From Chrysomallon squamiferum (Eukaryota; Animalia; Mollusca), in contig CM022670.1 of NCBI GenBank assembly GCA_012295275.1, positions 28,954,001 to 29,018,000 of the forward strand: a stretch of 64,000 bases of DNA, given 5' to 3'. Of the stretch, positions 12,771 through 26,962 are shown one piece after another (positions within the stretch are counted from its first letter, which is position 1; each line of letters starts with the position of its first letter). The translations under genes were made by a program, and so were the position numbers. The notes under the pieces are model-generated. The model saw only the letters and a list, made by a program, of their open reading frames with translations. It did no database searches and was not told the origin of the DNA.

Positions 12771-14393
12771 ATAATCATTACAATTTCGTTTTTCTAGGTT
12801 CATGATTTTAAAGTTTTGTTTATAGTAATTGTTATTTCGTATTAGCAACGTGGTTTGATATAGTGTATTAATGAACCAGTAGTCGAACTCAGACATACAT
12901 AAACATACATAGACTAGTACATGCATTCATACAATTCAGATATAGGTTACAGATATATATAGATAGATGGACAGATAGATAGACAGACTGATAGATAGAT
13001 ACAGACACACATACACAAATATACAGACAAATATACAGAGGCATACATACATATGTATTCTTTAAAATATGTGTCATATACCATCCACAAATATATATAA
13101 TTCACTGCAGTATAATATTCTTATTATTAAGTAGTCAAAACAAACAAAAATGTCTTCATTTAAATTTTATTTACATTAATTCAATAAATAATAGCATTCA
13201 TTTGGCGATATATACAAATTTTTATATTAAATTGAGGATTTCGTCGTTGTATTTTGTGTTAAGAATATGTGTATGTAACGTCAACAAGTAAAATATGTTA
13301 AAAAAAATAAACGTAATATCTTCCAGATTTTCACTGAAACGTCGTAAAAACTGTACACTCTCTGTATTCGTGTCTGCGTGTGAATGGGTATGCCTATGTA
13401 TCTATTTATGTAAGTGTGTGTATGTGTATATTTGTCTATGTATGTGTATGTGTTTCTATATGTATAGGTATATGTCTGTGTATGTTTGGTATACGTGTAT
13501 GCGTATTGTATATGATGTATATGTATGTATGTATGTTTGTTTGTGTATGTGTTTGTATATATATATGTGTATATGTTTGTGTATGTTTGGTATACGTGTA
13601 TGTGTATTTGTATATGTATGTAAATTATGTGTGTGTGTCACGTGTGTGTTTGTGTGAACATGCTGTTTGATATTCTTATTTCTTCATATCAGTATGTAAA
13701 AAATAAAATAAAACTTTTGTAAATGAAAACAGTATAAATACACATTTAGAAGAATACAAATTATTCCTCTGTGGAATGAAATAAATCTATGAACCGAAGT
13801 GAAAACTATTTCATATACCAAGTTAGTTTATTAAGTACGTCGTCATTGAAAATACATTTTTTAAGCCAAGAAATGAAAAACTATTTAATCGAGAAACATT
13901 CTACTGTTACTAAAACACGCCAATATCCTTCGTTTCTTTCAGCTTATTCTTTTTATTCATTTTCGTTGCACTTGCCAATATTTTATGAAACAGGATGTTG
14001 GATATTGTCACTGGTTTCTGCCATTTGAAATTGTAAAGGTCCAGTCATGTTTCAGTCATTTCAATGCCGAAAAGCCTCGATTATGTAAATCGAAACAAGA
14101 TCGACATAAAAATTGTGTCGTTGTTTCAGAAACACTTTTCTAATATCCAAATGAAAATACCATTCAGAAATTAATCGTCATCTCACTATAAAATGTCTTC
14201 ATGCAATGTAAATAAGCGAGCCTCGATTATTTAAGATGAAACCAAAATATATATAAATGAAGTCTCGATAATTATTTCTCTATATGACTTAGTCTTTTAC
14301 TAATAATGTTAGACTTGATATCTCAGTGAAATTACGTTACATGAATGAGAAAGTCATAGCGTCATAATGTCTCTTTGGTGAAATTAGGTCACA

Positions 14394-14810
14394 TCATAAA
14401 TGAGTAACTAATAATGTTGGAATCGTCATCTCGCTGAAATTTTCATGAATTCCTGAATCGTAGGAGTCTCTTTTTCGTGACTGATCTTTAGTAGGAGAAC
14501 AGAGTGTATCTTTCTTCCCTCTCCTGTTGAAAGTTCCCGTAGGATTCGACTCGTCATAGAAGGAAACATTACTTTTGTTGATAGGAAGCGACAGACTTGA
14601 CGGGGACGGATATTTGGAAGGAATGTCCTCAAAGTTTGACACTGACATATCTGATGATGCCCAGTTCCTGCTCTCCGACTGACACGAACTTGCGTAGAGA
14701 GAACTTCCGGTATTCCAGCAATATTTTCTTCGCCATTTTAGATCCTCGATCTCCTCGTTGAGGGTTAGTAGCTGTTTCATCAGAGATAGATCCTGATCCA
14801 TTAGAGACGT
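14394..14810 (-). CDS. LURAP1-like: Exon 2 (terminal coding exon) of LURAP1/FAM89-family adaptor, paralog A (138 aa + stop; spliced product 215 aa)
   Basis: Acceptor TTTTTTCCAG|ACG at 14811/14810, phase 0. Encodes TSLMDQDLSLMKQLLTLNEEIEDLKW, matching the LURAP1-type pattern LxxxDxxLxxQLxxxNExIExxKW, then a Ser-rich tail ending LVTHL-stop. 27 of the first 30 residues are identical to the exon at 58127-58582. Confidence 0.9.
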   Translation of the reverse strand, partial: TSLMDQDLSLMKQLLTLNEEIEDLKWRRKYCWNTGSSLYASSCQSESRNWASSDMSVSNFEDIPSKYPSPSSLSLPINKSNVSFYDESNPTGTFNRRGKKDTLCSPTKDQSRKRDSYDSGIHENFSEMTIPTLLVTHL

Positions 14811-16569
14811 CTGGAAAAAAACCATATAGAGATGTAACTTAAAGAAAATTCAATCTAAATTGTTCTATTTTAATCGTTACTACATACAATTATGTTCGTC
14901 AGTAATAAGGAAAAATATAAATAGTACTGTTTTAGGAACTAACTGAATTCAATAATAATGTAAAAATAACTATTAATATATATATATATTTAAAGTTACT
15001 TATAAGTAATATAATAGTAAAATTATAAAACAGACGTTACAGAGTTCGGTGGGATTAAAGAGAAATACGTTTCTTAAAGTATGCATTTGTGAAATGTGTG
15101 ATAACAAAATATTATTGAGAGATTAAGAGGTGGGGGGCATAACTTGGTTTCCCCCGTCCACAGGATCTGCGCCTGCTTATAAATCTGCTCGTCTTCTAAA
15201 GTACAAAACACACATCATCAGACTGGTACAACTGTGACAATTGATGAAAAAGACTTTGAGAAAGCTGAAGAATTAAAGGGCAAAAGACAAAGAAAGTCTT
15301 TACTCAAGTTAAAGAGCCGTATATGTGTTTATTTGTCGAACCGATCAAACACATTTTGTGTTGGCTTAAGCGGTTTTTGGTGTATCGTGAAAAAGGTTAC
15401 ATCTGCATTTCTGCCATTCTGGGAGACCTTGGCCTCAAAGTGTTGATTTTTCAGACCGTTTTGATTGACATTGAGTCCCACGAGGAAACAGTTCGAAGGT
15501 TTCCGCACAAATAAGGAATCAATTAAGTACATGGCCTAAAACTCATATGTATGTATCGAATGGAGTTGTATTTGTGCATGTTTATGGATACCTATATATA
15601 TATATATATATATGTTTATATATGTGTCTATCTCTACATGTATATGTATGCTATGTGTATATAGATGTTTGTGCATATATATGTGAATACTGTTATATAG
15701 ATGTATGTGTATGTGTATTTTCTAAATTGCATTGTACTGAATTATTTATATTAAGCTGTCAAATTTCGCGTAATTTCTAATGCCACTGATACACATTCAA
15801 ACCTATTAGACATATTCAAGTTACAATTATTATCACACAAGCCAAAGACATTACAACGTGCTCTACAGTACAGTGCAAGAAATCAGAACACAGTGTGACT
15901 TGTTTCTAGTCCGGTAATTTGACTTCAAAATTTATATATCAACAGTTAATTCATATTGGAAGTTTTCATTTGACTCAAATCTAGAAGGTGATTCCTTGAC
16001 AACTAAGTCTATGGACAAGTAATGATTCTTCTGAAACATCACTGACAGTGTTTTGTCCTTGCAAACATCAGAGACACACAGAATGGGAATTTGTACGTCA
16101 AACAAAACGTGACAGCTGAATGGCAGCTTTATACTCTCTCTCTCTGACCATCACCACACGAAATTAGGAAGTCATTTTGTAGACGCGGGGCGCCTGTGAG
16201 GTCAGTTGATGTCTTATTGAATGGATGAGCTATATATAGACCTAACTGCAGTAATATCTCAGTAACCAGCCTCTGGCTTTAAGAATGATAGATAAATGGC
16301 TCGCATCTCCTGGCCGACTCTTGCTAATACTTAAATTGGTAAGTTAAAGACAGCCATACCTTCTCCTCTCTCCTGCAAATACTTTAACACACCATTATAT
16401 TAACGTTAACTTTACCCAATGGTAATTCAGGTCCTGTACTGTGACATGTTTATAGTTATGTAACAAATGATCCAGTATTTGCCTTGTTTAACAACAACCG
16501 ACTGTAACGCTCATTGATCGAATTTCTTTCATCGATCATTGGATGTCAACATACGTTAACAGGTAGTTC

Positions 16570-16681
<112 letters not shown>

Positions 16682-17640
16682 AAGCCAAAGGCAAGAATTC
16701 TAAATTCTGATCTACTGCTCTTATTTCAGATTCTGACAGATATAATATTGATGAAAACTAAACCTAATTACGTTCACGGGCGTCCAAGTTCTCAGTTTTA
16801 TGATTTTATGTTTTCTTTTTGGTATTTCCTTTGATTTATGTGCAGTTTCTGAAATCTTCTTTTACACATTAAAACCATGCAGTGTGTGCTAAACTTACTC
16901 TTTTTATCCATTTAATTTACATCCAGAGTTTATGAAGATTTATTTAGCATCTAATAACCACTTAGTGTGAGGTAAACATTGTTTTATTTCTATCCGTACC
17001 AATTAAAATATCGTATGATTGATATTTCGTCCTGTCTCGACATTGCCATGCATGTAACAACCGTGCAGTGTTGTTTTGTTATTTTCATTTAATTTCACAT
17101 GAAGTAAAAGCCGAAAGATATTTGCGATCTATTTTTCAAAAAATAAAATGTATATAAAGAAATATATATATATATATTACAAATAACAACAACAACAACA
17201 AAAATAATATTAATAATGTTTTCGTTTTCGAAAGAATAGTTTGCTTGTTATCGATATCTTTAAAAAAATAATAGTTTAAACAAAAGTGTTGCAAACATAA
17301 TGTGTTTTCTAGGATGATTTATTATTTACTTTATTAATACTATTTATTTATTTATTTTTTATTGTTGTTGTTGTTGTTACTATTTTTCAAGTTATAAAGT
17401 ACGTTCTAATTTGATTTAATATTTCTATTTCCTCTTCCAACCAATGCCTCATAACAGATTTATTAAAAGTATGTTATTTATTATACTAAAATTGTGCGTT
17501 TCTTCTCTCAGATCTCTCCTCTATGAACTCTAGTTTCACAGGTAGTATTATTTAACAAGTGCACTGCATAATCAGTCATTTTTCATTTACCTTTAATTGA
17601 TATTGTCATTCATATTTTTACCGTTACATAAAATAAATCG

Positions 17641-17910
17641 TATTACTACTACGTCATAAAAATATATATTAATACGTACTGTAAATGTTCAATAATGCGA
17701 GTAATGTTCTATTACGTCACAGAAATAAATATATATATATACTAATACTAAATATATAATAATACAGCTATATTTCTATTACCTCACAGAAATCTATATT
17801 AAAACGTTTAGTACATATAATTATACTAATACGTACTGTAATGAATACTAATATACCTATATTGTTCTACTACGTCACCAGACATATATATTAATACTTA
17901 GTGTAAATAT
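17641..17910. repeat. Degenerate tandem repeat, four units of about 65-90 bp with core TTCTA[TC]TACGTCACAGAAAT
   Basis: Core visible near 17645, 17706, 17774 and 17864, each followed by ATAT-rich sequence and variants of TAATACGTACTGTAA. Confidence 0.65.
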
Positions 17911-18782
17911 TCACTGACGCACCTCATTGCCCACTTAGCCAGGTTTGTGACATACTTGACATATCACACATTGTTGTTTATCAAGGTGTATACGTACTGG
18001 AATGATTTCAAGTGAAGAAAAATCAGTTGCAGTTGAGTTATTTTTATAACTTTCGTCAGTTCGAATTCTCTCATGGGCTGTTAGCCTTCATGTCCGGATC
18101 AAGTATTTTGACAAAGGGTTTGCAGAATTTTTCCATCCTTGTCTATTTTACTGAGTGATCATGTGTAGGGGTGTATACACAGTAAAACAAAATATTTAAA
18201 ATTAAACAGATATGTCTTATACTAATACTTAACACGAGGATTTAAATACTTTATACCCTCCCCTTGAAACCGCTACTGGGATGAGCTCAGCGTGTACTGT
18301 TTATATTATACAGATTCAGTGTTTTACGGTACACCGGATATAAAACTGGAGTTCTCATTGTTCGAGTTTATCCCTGTCTTATTACTTGTAACTGTTTTGT
18401 CGCATTGCTGATTTAATGAAATGAAAAGAATGAGTTGTCACACCTTCAGGATTTCAACTTATACGATTGTAACGACTAATCCCAGCTAGTTTCAATTCAT
18501 ACAGGGTAGAAGCTCGCTGAGATGGGCAGTGTTAAAAAGACAGGATTTCCTCTCTGGTAATGACAAAACGAGATACGTCATTATTTGTCACAAGGAGCTG
18601 TTCAAATTAATACTTTTAAGGATATGAATTCAGCCTCAAAATGTGTTACGTGATTTTATCTGTAATTGACTTACATTAACAAACTGAAGTCTAGACAAGT
18701 ATAACTGACAGACAGACGGACTGGACTTAACTACAAACACACACAAAAACAGACAAACAGTCTGACTGACTAATCTAATGAT

Positions 18783-18834
<52 letters not shown>

Positions 18835-19524
18835 GACATCACTTGTAAACTTACGTTTACCCTCTTAAGTTTTCTTAGGATTTTGATATGTAGATGTTTA
18901 TGATATATATGTAAGTGTGAGTGTATATATAATTATTACAATACACACATACAAACACGCACGCAAATACATTAGTAAGTATTTTTATATTTTAACATAT
19001 GTATATGAATCTATATATTAGAATGTATATGAGTCCATTTATGTGTATGTCTATGGATTTGGCTCTAGCTATTCTTCACATACAAGTCATTTGTAAAAGT
19101 ATTGTAACAGAACACAATGTATTATACCACAATTTCACAAACGACTACTTCTCAATCTTTACGTTATTAGTTTCTCTCGCTTCGTTTGACGCACACTAAG
19201 AACAAACTGCTGTACACGTGTACTTCAGGGAAAGGTTGCTGATGATATCGCAGCAGTGACTTCGACCACTCGCAGCTGCGGACGCGGGATCGTTGACACA
19301 AACAAAGGGACTTGCTGAGCGAATGAAAGAACCCAACTTAAACCCGTCTTGATGGGTCATTAGAATATCTAATTAAACTCACACAGCAAATTTGTTTATT
19401 ATTGATATTATTACGGGTTTTTTTAAATTTATATGAGGATGAGTATTGCTCAGTAATACGTTTATATGAAAATCTTTACATATGATATACCAAGACAAAT
19501 GAATATATGGACGTACATTTTTAC

Positions 19525-19565
<41 letters not shown>

Positions 19566-21241
19566 AACACACAGACACACATACATGCATACATACATAC
19601 ACAGAAGTATACAAGCAAGAAAGTATCTAATACATTGCATACACAAACATTAAGCCTTTCGAAAAACCGATTTACACATGCACACAGCATGATAAAAACT
19701 AAAAAAGCATAATGTCCTAAGGATCAAATCGCCCAGTTTCAAAACTACATAAATGGTGTCAGATAATACAAACAAACTGCAATCGCCTCTCGTTAATGTC
19801 TTTGTTTGCTGACGAATTTCCAGGCTAAATGTCAACCACGGTAACTTTATTACCTACAGCCAAAGCCGCTTAATTTTAATGTGTTGTTTAGAGTTATTAT
19901 GTCACTGACTTGTTTGTCTCTTTACAATTTATCGTCTGCAAAATTTACCACTGTGTTGCATAATAAAAATAAAATATAACAGATATATGAATAGGTAAAT
20001 AAATATTTAACTGTAAACATTTTATTTCTATTATTATTTATTATTATTATTATATTTCATATTAAGTATTCCAGAAGGGCTGGAAAAAATATTTCTTATA
20101 TATATAAACTGATTCTAAATATCTTTATCTAGTTTAATAAAATAATATATGAAACTGATATTACTAAATTTAAAATTAAAACCACATATAATTTAATCAA
20201 GACATAAATCTCTCCTAAGTCTATTCATCGCTTGAGTCATCCATATTTGAAAACTGACATGACATCTTTCTATAAATCACACGTTAAACCTAACATAGCT
20301 ATCATTTCACACCTTTACATGAATAATTACAACGTTACATACATAGAGAGAGATAAATCGGCAGTTAGGTCAGGACAGATTATCCCCTCTATCAGCATGC
20401 AGTTTGCTGATTAATGGGCCCACATGGGGTGCAGGTATTTTATTTCACTCTAAAACTGTCTACTTTAATATTGTGATGGATGGGAAGGCTTTGCCATCAG
20501 TCTTGTTGGTATGGGTTGTAATTTGTTTTAATTCAGCTATGCCTTACTATACGGTATTGTTTGGTTGAGCTCGGTATAGTGTTTGCACGAAACCCTAAGC
20601 TGTTCATTTTTTGATATACTGAGAAGTGGTACAATGAGTGACTTGAATCCTTTCAGCTTTACAATTCAAAACTACTATAGTGATTATGTAAACAGATATA
20701 AACTGCGCTCGCAAATTAAAAATATAAAAATAATGAGGTAACGATACAAAAATATGAATATACTATGCATAAATACAAATAAACACACACATACAATCAC
20801 ACACACAAACACACACAATTTACACAAATAAATATCCACATAAACCCCACATAAATGCATTCTTTGAGTCCATCTTTCTATCTCTCTTTCTGTCTCTCTT
20901 ACTTTCTTTTTTCCATGGATAATCTTCCCAATGAGTGTGAAGTGTCTATATTTATTCAGTAAGATCGAATAGAAGACAGTTTTTACCTGTCGAGATTGGA
21001 AGGGCGGTAGCACTTTTACGGATAGATACGGTAAATACTGTGTGAGTCATAGATCGACGCACAGCGCGAGGTCACTAGGCCTCTTACCCGACTGTCTGTG
21101 TTACGTGATCAAATAAAACAACATTACTGTTAATTTTATAACCACTCAAACAGAGATTATCATTACACAATATATATATATAATAATCATTATGTAAGTT
21201 ATATATTGTATAGAGGTGACTGCATTGTTTGTTCGTTTCTG

Positions 21242-21318
<77 letters not shown>

Positions 21319-23946
21319 ATGGAGTAACTACTCCCTTTTTATTGGATATGCATATGCATTTTCCTCATAGACGGAGACAGTGACAGAATGAAAGAGAGAG
21401 ACAAAGAGAGCAAATCCTACTGCAAACATATAAAATGTCCTGCTCTCAACAACACTGAAAACGTAGATAACCTTTAATCTTGCATTGATAGAAACTACAA
21501 ACGATAAACGAAAGTAGCAGCTTGTTAGAGAGGGATAATCTTGAAAACACGAGATATGAAGTTCATGTTGATAAAATTCAATACAAACATTGAAAAGATT
21601 TCAGTGACATCACTTAAAGAAAATTATTTATCAAATTCCGGTACACAACTGCAGTTTCAACATACAGTGTCGATGATTTTCATTCGTAGCAAATTATAAT
21701 TATATGATGTTGAATGACGCTCATTGTACCGTAGCAAACTGCACTCATTTGCTTCAGAGATCATCATAAACTGAATCACTGATAAAGATGATGGCAAATA
21801 TAGATTTGTAGTTTCATCATGCGAGTCAGAGCCGGCTCTAAGACTGCTGGCGACAGCACAAGCTAAAATGGCGTCGTGGCTGATGGTTGTGGGAATTTCC
21901 TTTGTTAATTGTTTTTAGGTTTGGTAACCATAAAGGAAAGAATTGATATCAGATTCTAGAAAAAGCAATTTTCACATTTTAGCTTTTTATTTCCTTTTAT
22001 TTATTATTTAAACATTTTCGTCTACGTATTTGGCGATCTGAAACATATGACGTGGGGCTACTTGAAAAAGGCCGACATTTAGCCGACTCTGTACACAGTA
22101 TTCTGATAATGACAATGGTAAATATTTGTAGTTTCATCATACATTGAATTTCTGTAAATAAATCATTCTCATTCTTATCACAGCGAAAATACTTAGTTAC
22201 TTTTAAAAAACCTAATTCACCCGTTATTATTTTGTTTATCCGCTGATGAGCTATACAAACAAATTCTTGCAAATAAATGTGTGCAAACTGATTTGCAGTT
22301 ATTACAAACACTCTCCCACAAACTCAAGTACATATGTATTAAAGATTTTTATAATATCAATACATCGTGAGAAAGAATGTGTTTGTATTTACGTGTTTAC
22401 GTATATTTGTATTTTTATTTTATATTTGTACATCGTTATAGTAATCTGGAGTACATGAACTGAAAATATCCTTCAGATGTCATTAAACTTCATAACACAG
22501 ACGCTCACCCTTGGAACACTTTTCTCAAAATTAATCATAATTCGCTGATTTAAGCTCTGGATGTAATTTCTAACATCAACCAATAAAGAAATAATCTGAA
22601 GTGCCCCATGATCATTAGTACGAACGATTCAGAAACGTCAGATCGCGCGTGACCCACGGCTGAACTGGCTCTGGTTATAAAATTTTATATATATCTGGAC
22701 GAGCACAAAACACTGGACCTTTTGACTATGGTAAATGATGTTAACCTTGTTGTGATTAAAGTGCAATACATTTCACTCATTACAGTTTGATAGCCAGGAA
22801 TTTACTGCTAGTGATGTCAGTAACACGGTGTCAGCGTGTTGCCAGTGTTAAAATAACACGAGGACGAGGTCGACAAAAACACACTGGATTAAATTTAACG
22901 GTTTTTTGTTTTTCGTTTTTTAAATCATAGTACAGTAAGACAGTGGAGAATGGAAAAAAAGTGGGAATGAGATAGATGAAGAGATGATAAAAAAATCCAT
23001 ACATTGATGGATGAATGGACTTACTTTTGAAGGAATGGATGGACTGAAGGATAGATGGGTGGAAGGATGGATCGATGAATGGATGGGTGTGTTAGCGGGA
23101 AAAAGATGCATAATGTACTGCAAATGGAAGAGGTTAAGCAATGAAGCATAAAGCTTGACTTGTGAAAGGGATTTCATTCTAAAGGGATTTCATTCTATTG
23201 CGATAGAGGGAGACAGTTACATAAACGAAAATAATAAAAGAGATAATAAGGAGACATATGGAAGAAGTAGACAGACAGTCAAATATACTGTCACACAGTC
23301 AGCCAAACAGAGAGAAGAATTAAAAACAGATTGAAATTTAATTTATGATTCGAACCGTCAATAATTTCTGTCTTTCCATTTACGGACGTTACATAAGAAG
23401 ATAAACTATACAATCTTCCTAATCCCTGCGATTAGCTCACGTAAGATTTCTCTCACAAACACTGATTAGCTAGCCCTGAAGCTTTGATCCCCGTGCAGTA
23501 TCTGATTCGGTTAACCCTGGTAGATGTGAACAGATCACTGAAAATTCTGTACACCCCATTCCCAAACACAATGGACACCATCTCCAATGTGTGACACTTT
23601 GACACATTTATGTCCTCACTGTAAATACGGCGATCGGTCGAGGAAAACCCTGCTTGGCAGACTCGTCTTCCGCCTGGGACCAACAGCTTGACCCGATGAC
23701 CACAATTTAACATGTGACATTTATAAAAAGGCAGTGCATATCCTTCGCTTTACACGCTAATCCTCTTTTTGAAGGAACTCCAAAACCCCAACAATGGCGC
23801 GCGTAAGATAAACAGCGGAAAGTGCGAGAGGCAACAGAAAAGCTGGAGAGTTGTGTATGAAACCACAAAAAAAGGTTAGACGACGTGACCATGTTGGTCA
23901 CAGGATCGTAAATAAAATAAATATATAAATGCATAAATGGATGAAC

Positions 23947-24037
<91 letters not shown>

Positions 24038-26731
24038 GGATACGTGGATGAGTGGACGGGTGCATGGATAAAGATTGGCGGAAGGAAACATGGAAGGATA
24101 TATAAACAGACACATAATACCTTAGAATGCTCATATCACGGAATCAACTGTCTACAGTTGATTAAATAATAGTTCAGCAGGTGTATGATTGACCATCATT
24201 TTATACCAGATTCATAAATACATGTTCATTATCTTTTCACGATCACAATCATAAATACATGACTATTTCACACAGTATTCCTAAATACCACTACAATACG
24301 TGAACAAGCTCATATAACATTCTGATTAATGACTTGAGCTGCAAGATTTTTTTTTTCGTTTTTATGTACTGCTTTTCACAAGAAATGAACTGGACATCTA
24401 CGTTACAAATAAAACCAAAATTAAAAATTAACTGGACACTATAATAATAAATATCATATGAGCCGAACCAGACCTTAAATCAGAGGTAAATACAGGTTAT
24501 TATACAAATATGTGTATATTTATGAGTGTCTGACAGTTAAGTCTGTATTAAACCACCTACATCTGTCGTCTATAATAAAACGAGTTCATACATTATGGAC
24601 CACGATATGAAAATATGCACTGGGGACAATGCGAGTTTTGTTGGCATGGTTGCTGGTATTTTGAGAATTTCGTGCGGCTCCAGTCTGCTGTATCTAGTAC
24701 TGTATAAACAAAACTGTTGTTTGTATTTGTGACCTGTTTTTGACAGATATCTCTAACGAATGAGAGTATAATGATGTCCACAGCATGGGTGCTTGAAGCG
24801 TTCGTTATCTGAAATATGTAACTAATGCGTTCTTTATTATGTTTAAAAGTGCGAAAGTGTTTCAAACTGAACGGTATAAAACAAACGTGTATTGTTGTTG
24901 TTGTTGTTAGTCTTAATAATATTAAAGATCACACTAATATATTACCCTCACTGGCTCTGGTCAAACTGAAATTCAGGAAAGAAAAGGATGCTGTTTTTAA
25001 CCTGCCTCGATGTTTAGTTTAGTGTTTTATTATGCTTTTTCTGTGTGTAAGTGTACGTATGCACGTGAGTTTACATGCGATCGAGCGAAAGTGCGTGTAA
25101 CTTAGAACTTGTGTAATAATCAATAAATACCTATTTAACTGTTAACTGATGAAGTATATTAAATAAATAAATGAAGAAAAAAGCGACGACCTGAAACACA
25201 CACACATACATACACACGCAGAGACAAACAGACACAGACACACACATACTCAAATACAAAACAAAAAAATTGATTTAAAATTTCCAATAACTCCGAAAAT
25301 GTGATCGAGTACAAAATGGCAATTTTCATTGCTTTTGTTCTTCATCAAAATGAGATCTGGTTTTATAAACAGACATCTCTATATTATTACAGCTCCAGAT
25401 TTTGATTATTTTCGTGTTCTGGCATATATCATATTCGGATTTAATAATATAATATTTCTACATTAATCTTCCACTCAGTTTATTAACAGTAAGCCACGAA
25501 GCAGTCACTTTATGAAAACGATTGATGTTCTGGTAATTGATGCGTGGAAGTCACGAGATTGAAGGATAAAGACGATATTAAGCTTTTCAAATCTATTTTA
25601 TCTTCAAATAATTTGTCACAGCTTAATCTTATAAATCTGTAGGGTTAATGACGGCCATGAATTTTTTACTGTCAGTGATTTTGATACACATAAAATATGA
25701 ATATTCATGGTTTGGTTAAAACGTCTTTCAGGTTTATCGACTTTCAGAAGTATTTTGAAATTCAGAGTTTCTAAATTATACCGCTGTAAAAATGTAATAT
25801 TTATGTCAGTTTGCATTCCATTTTCTGGTTAAATAAAGATATTTTGGACTGTTATTTTCAGATTCACTATATATATATAATATTATTTTCAATTCTATTG
25901 TAATTTTATTTGAAATGGAATTTTAAAAAAAATGTATTTTACCCGTCATATGACGTTAAAGTTACTTTGAAGAAAAATACATTCTAAAATCAAAACTTTT
26001 AGGTAGTAAAAGATTAATAATTTTTACACAGGAACTTTAATAAGATCACTTTGTAATGAACACTATTTAACCAGCATACTTTGTTTAAAAGCAGTGGTGT
26101 TGCTAATCTTGCCCAAGGACAGTTTCTGGTCCCCTCCCCATCCCACTAATTCAGACACTACAATACGTCTTTGCACAGCGGGTCAAATCTTCTCATCTCA
26201 TCGACACCTGGGATTTTTTTTTAAAAAGCAACATTCTAGATTGTGTTATTGTTGAGAAACGTGTGTTAGTTACAAACAGCCCGCTGTGAGCTGAATTTTG
26301 TAATGAAATCAAATACCGTCACACACTGTAGGTCTGTCTGAACATTTGCGGGTGGGGTGGAATTACTAATAAGTATAAATATTATAAACAGATCTATATA
26401 CTAACAGCTGAATAATCATGGCACATAATCAGATTGTTTTTAAAAACTCTATACATTAATGTTCTTGGTTAAAGATTACCCATAAGATAAATAGATCAAA
26501 ATACTATTTCCTTTAAAAATTATCAGCGTCCAAACGTTTTATTCTAAATAAAATGACCTAAATGTATCGAACTATCAAAACACGTTCAACTTTATTTCCA
26601 TCCGAACCCGTTAATTATGTAAATAGCCGATAACCAAACACGTTATTTTAATTAAATTAAACCCATGTTCGAAGAAGTTATTCTGTTTAAAACTGCCCAT
26701 ATCCAAATTCGCTATAACTAATTCAACATAC

Positions 26732-26962
26732 CATTTCTGCTCTCAGCTGTTCCATGGCCAGATCGAGCGAAGTTTTTTTCCTCTGATTTCCATTATTGTC
26801 GGATGTTGCCTTCTCCCCTCCCCATTTTTCTTTCAAGGTTTGTGCAGTTTTCAGTCGGTTTTGATAAAATGTCCTGCAAGAGTTTGACAGCTCAATAAAG
26901 TGAGTGTACTTGTCTTCGGAATCCTCGGGCATTTTCAGAAAACTACTCATCCCACTTTCCAT
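26732..26962 (-). CDS. LURAP1-like: Exon 1 (coding part) of LURAP1/FAM89-family leucine-rich adaptor, paralog A (77 codons)
   Basis: ATG at 26962. The peptide ends ...SLDLAMEQLRAEM, matching the first half of the LURAP/FAM89 helix (LDxAxxxLRxEM). It is followed directly by donor ATG|GTATGT at 26732/26731, phase 0, which joins in frame to the exon at 14810. Confidence 0.85.

Noticed and set aside
13166-13171. Minus-strand AATAAA as the polyadenylation signal of paralog A
   Set aside because: Plausible position, but the hexamer is too frequent in this AT-rich DNA to call without 3'-end data.
14426-14632. 68-aa alternative-frame ORF in paralog A exon 2
   Set aside because: Conservation with paralog B follows the main frame, with third-position changes.
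14811-14825. ORF-track starts MVFFQ (14825) and MQ (58588) as true N-termini
   Set aside because: They coincide with polypyrimidine tract/AG acceptors; the domain's first half is encoded by an upstream exon.
23165-23196. 16-bp direct duplication AAAGGGATTTCATTCT x2
   Set aside because: Simple slippage-type duplication with no associated element.
23453-23713. Minus-strand ORF containing ...TLEM|GTGTCC, a possible alternative first exon for paralog A
   Set aside because: Weak donor and no LDxAxxxLR pattern before EM; no other support.
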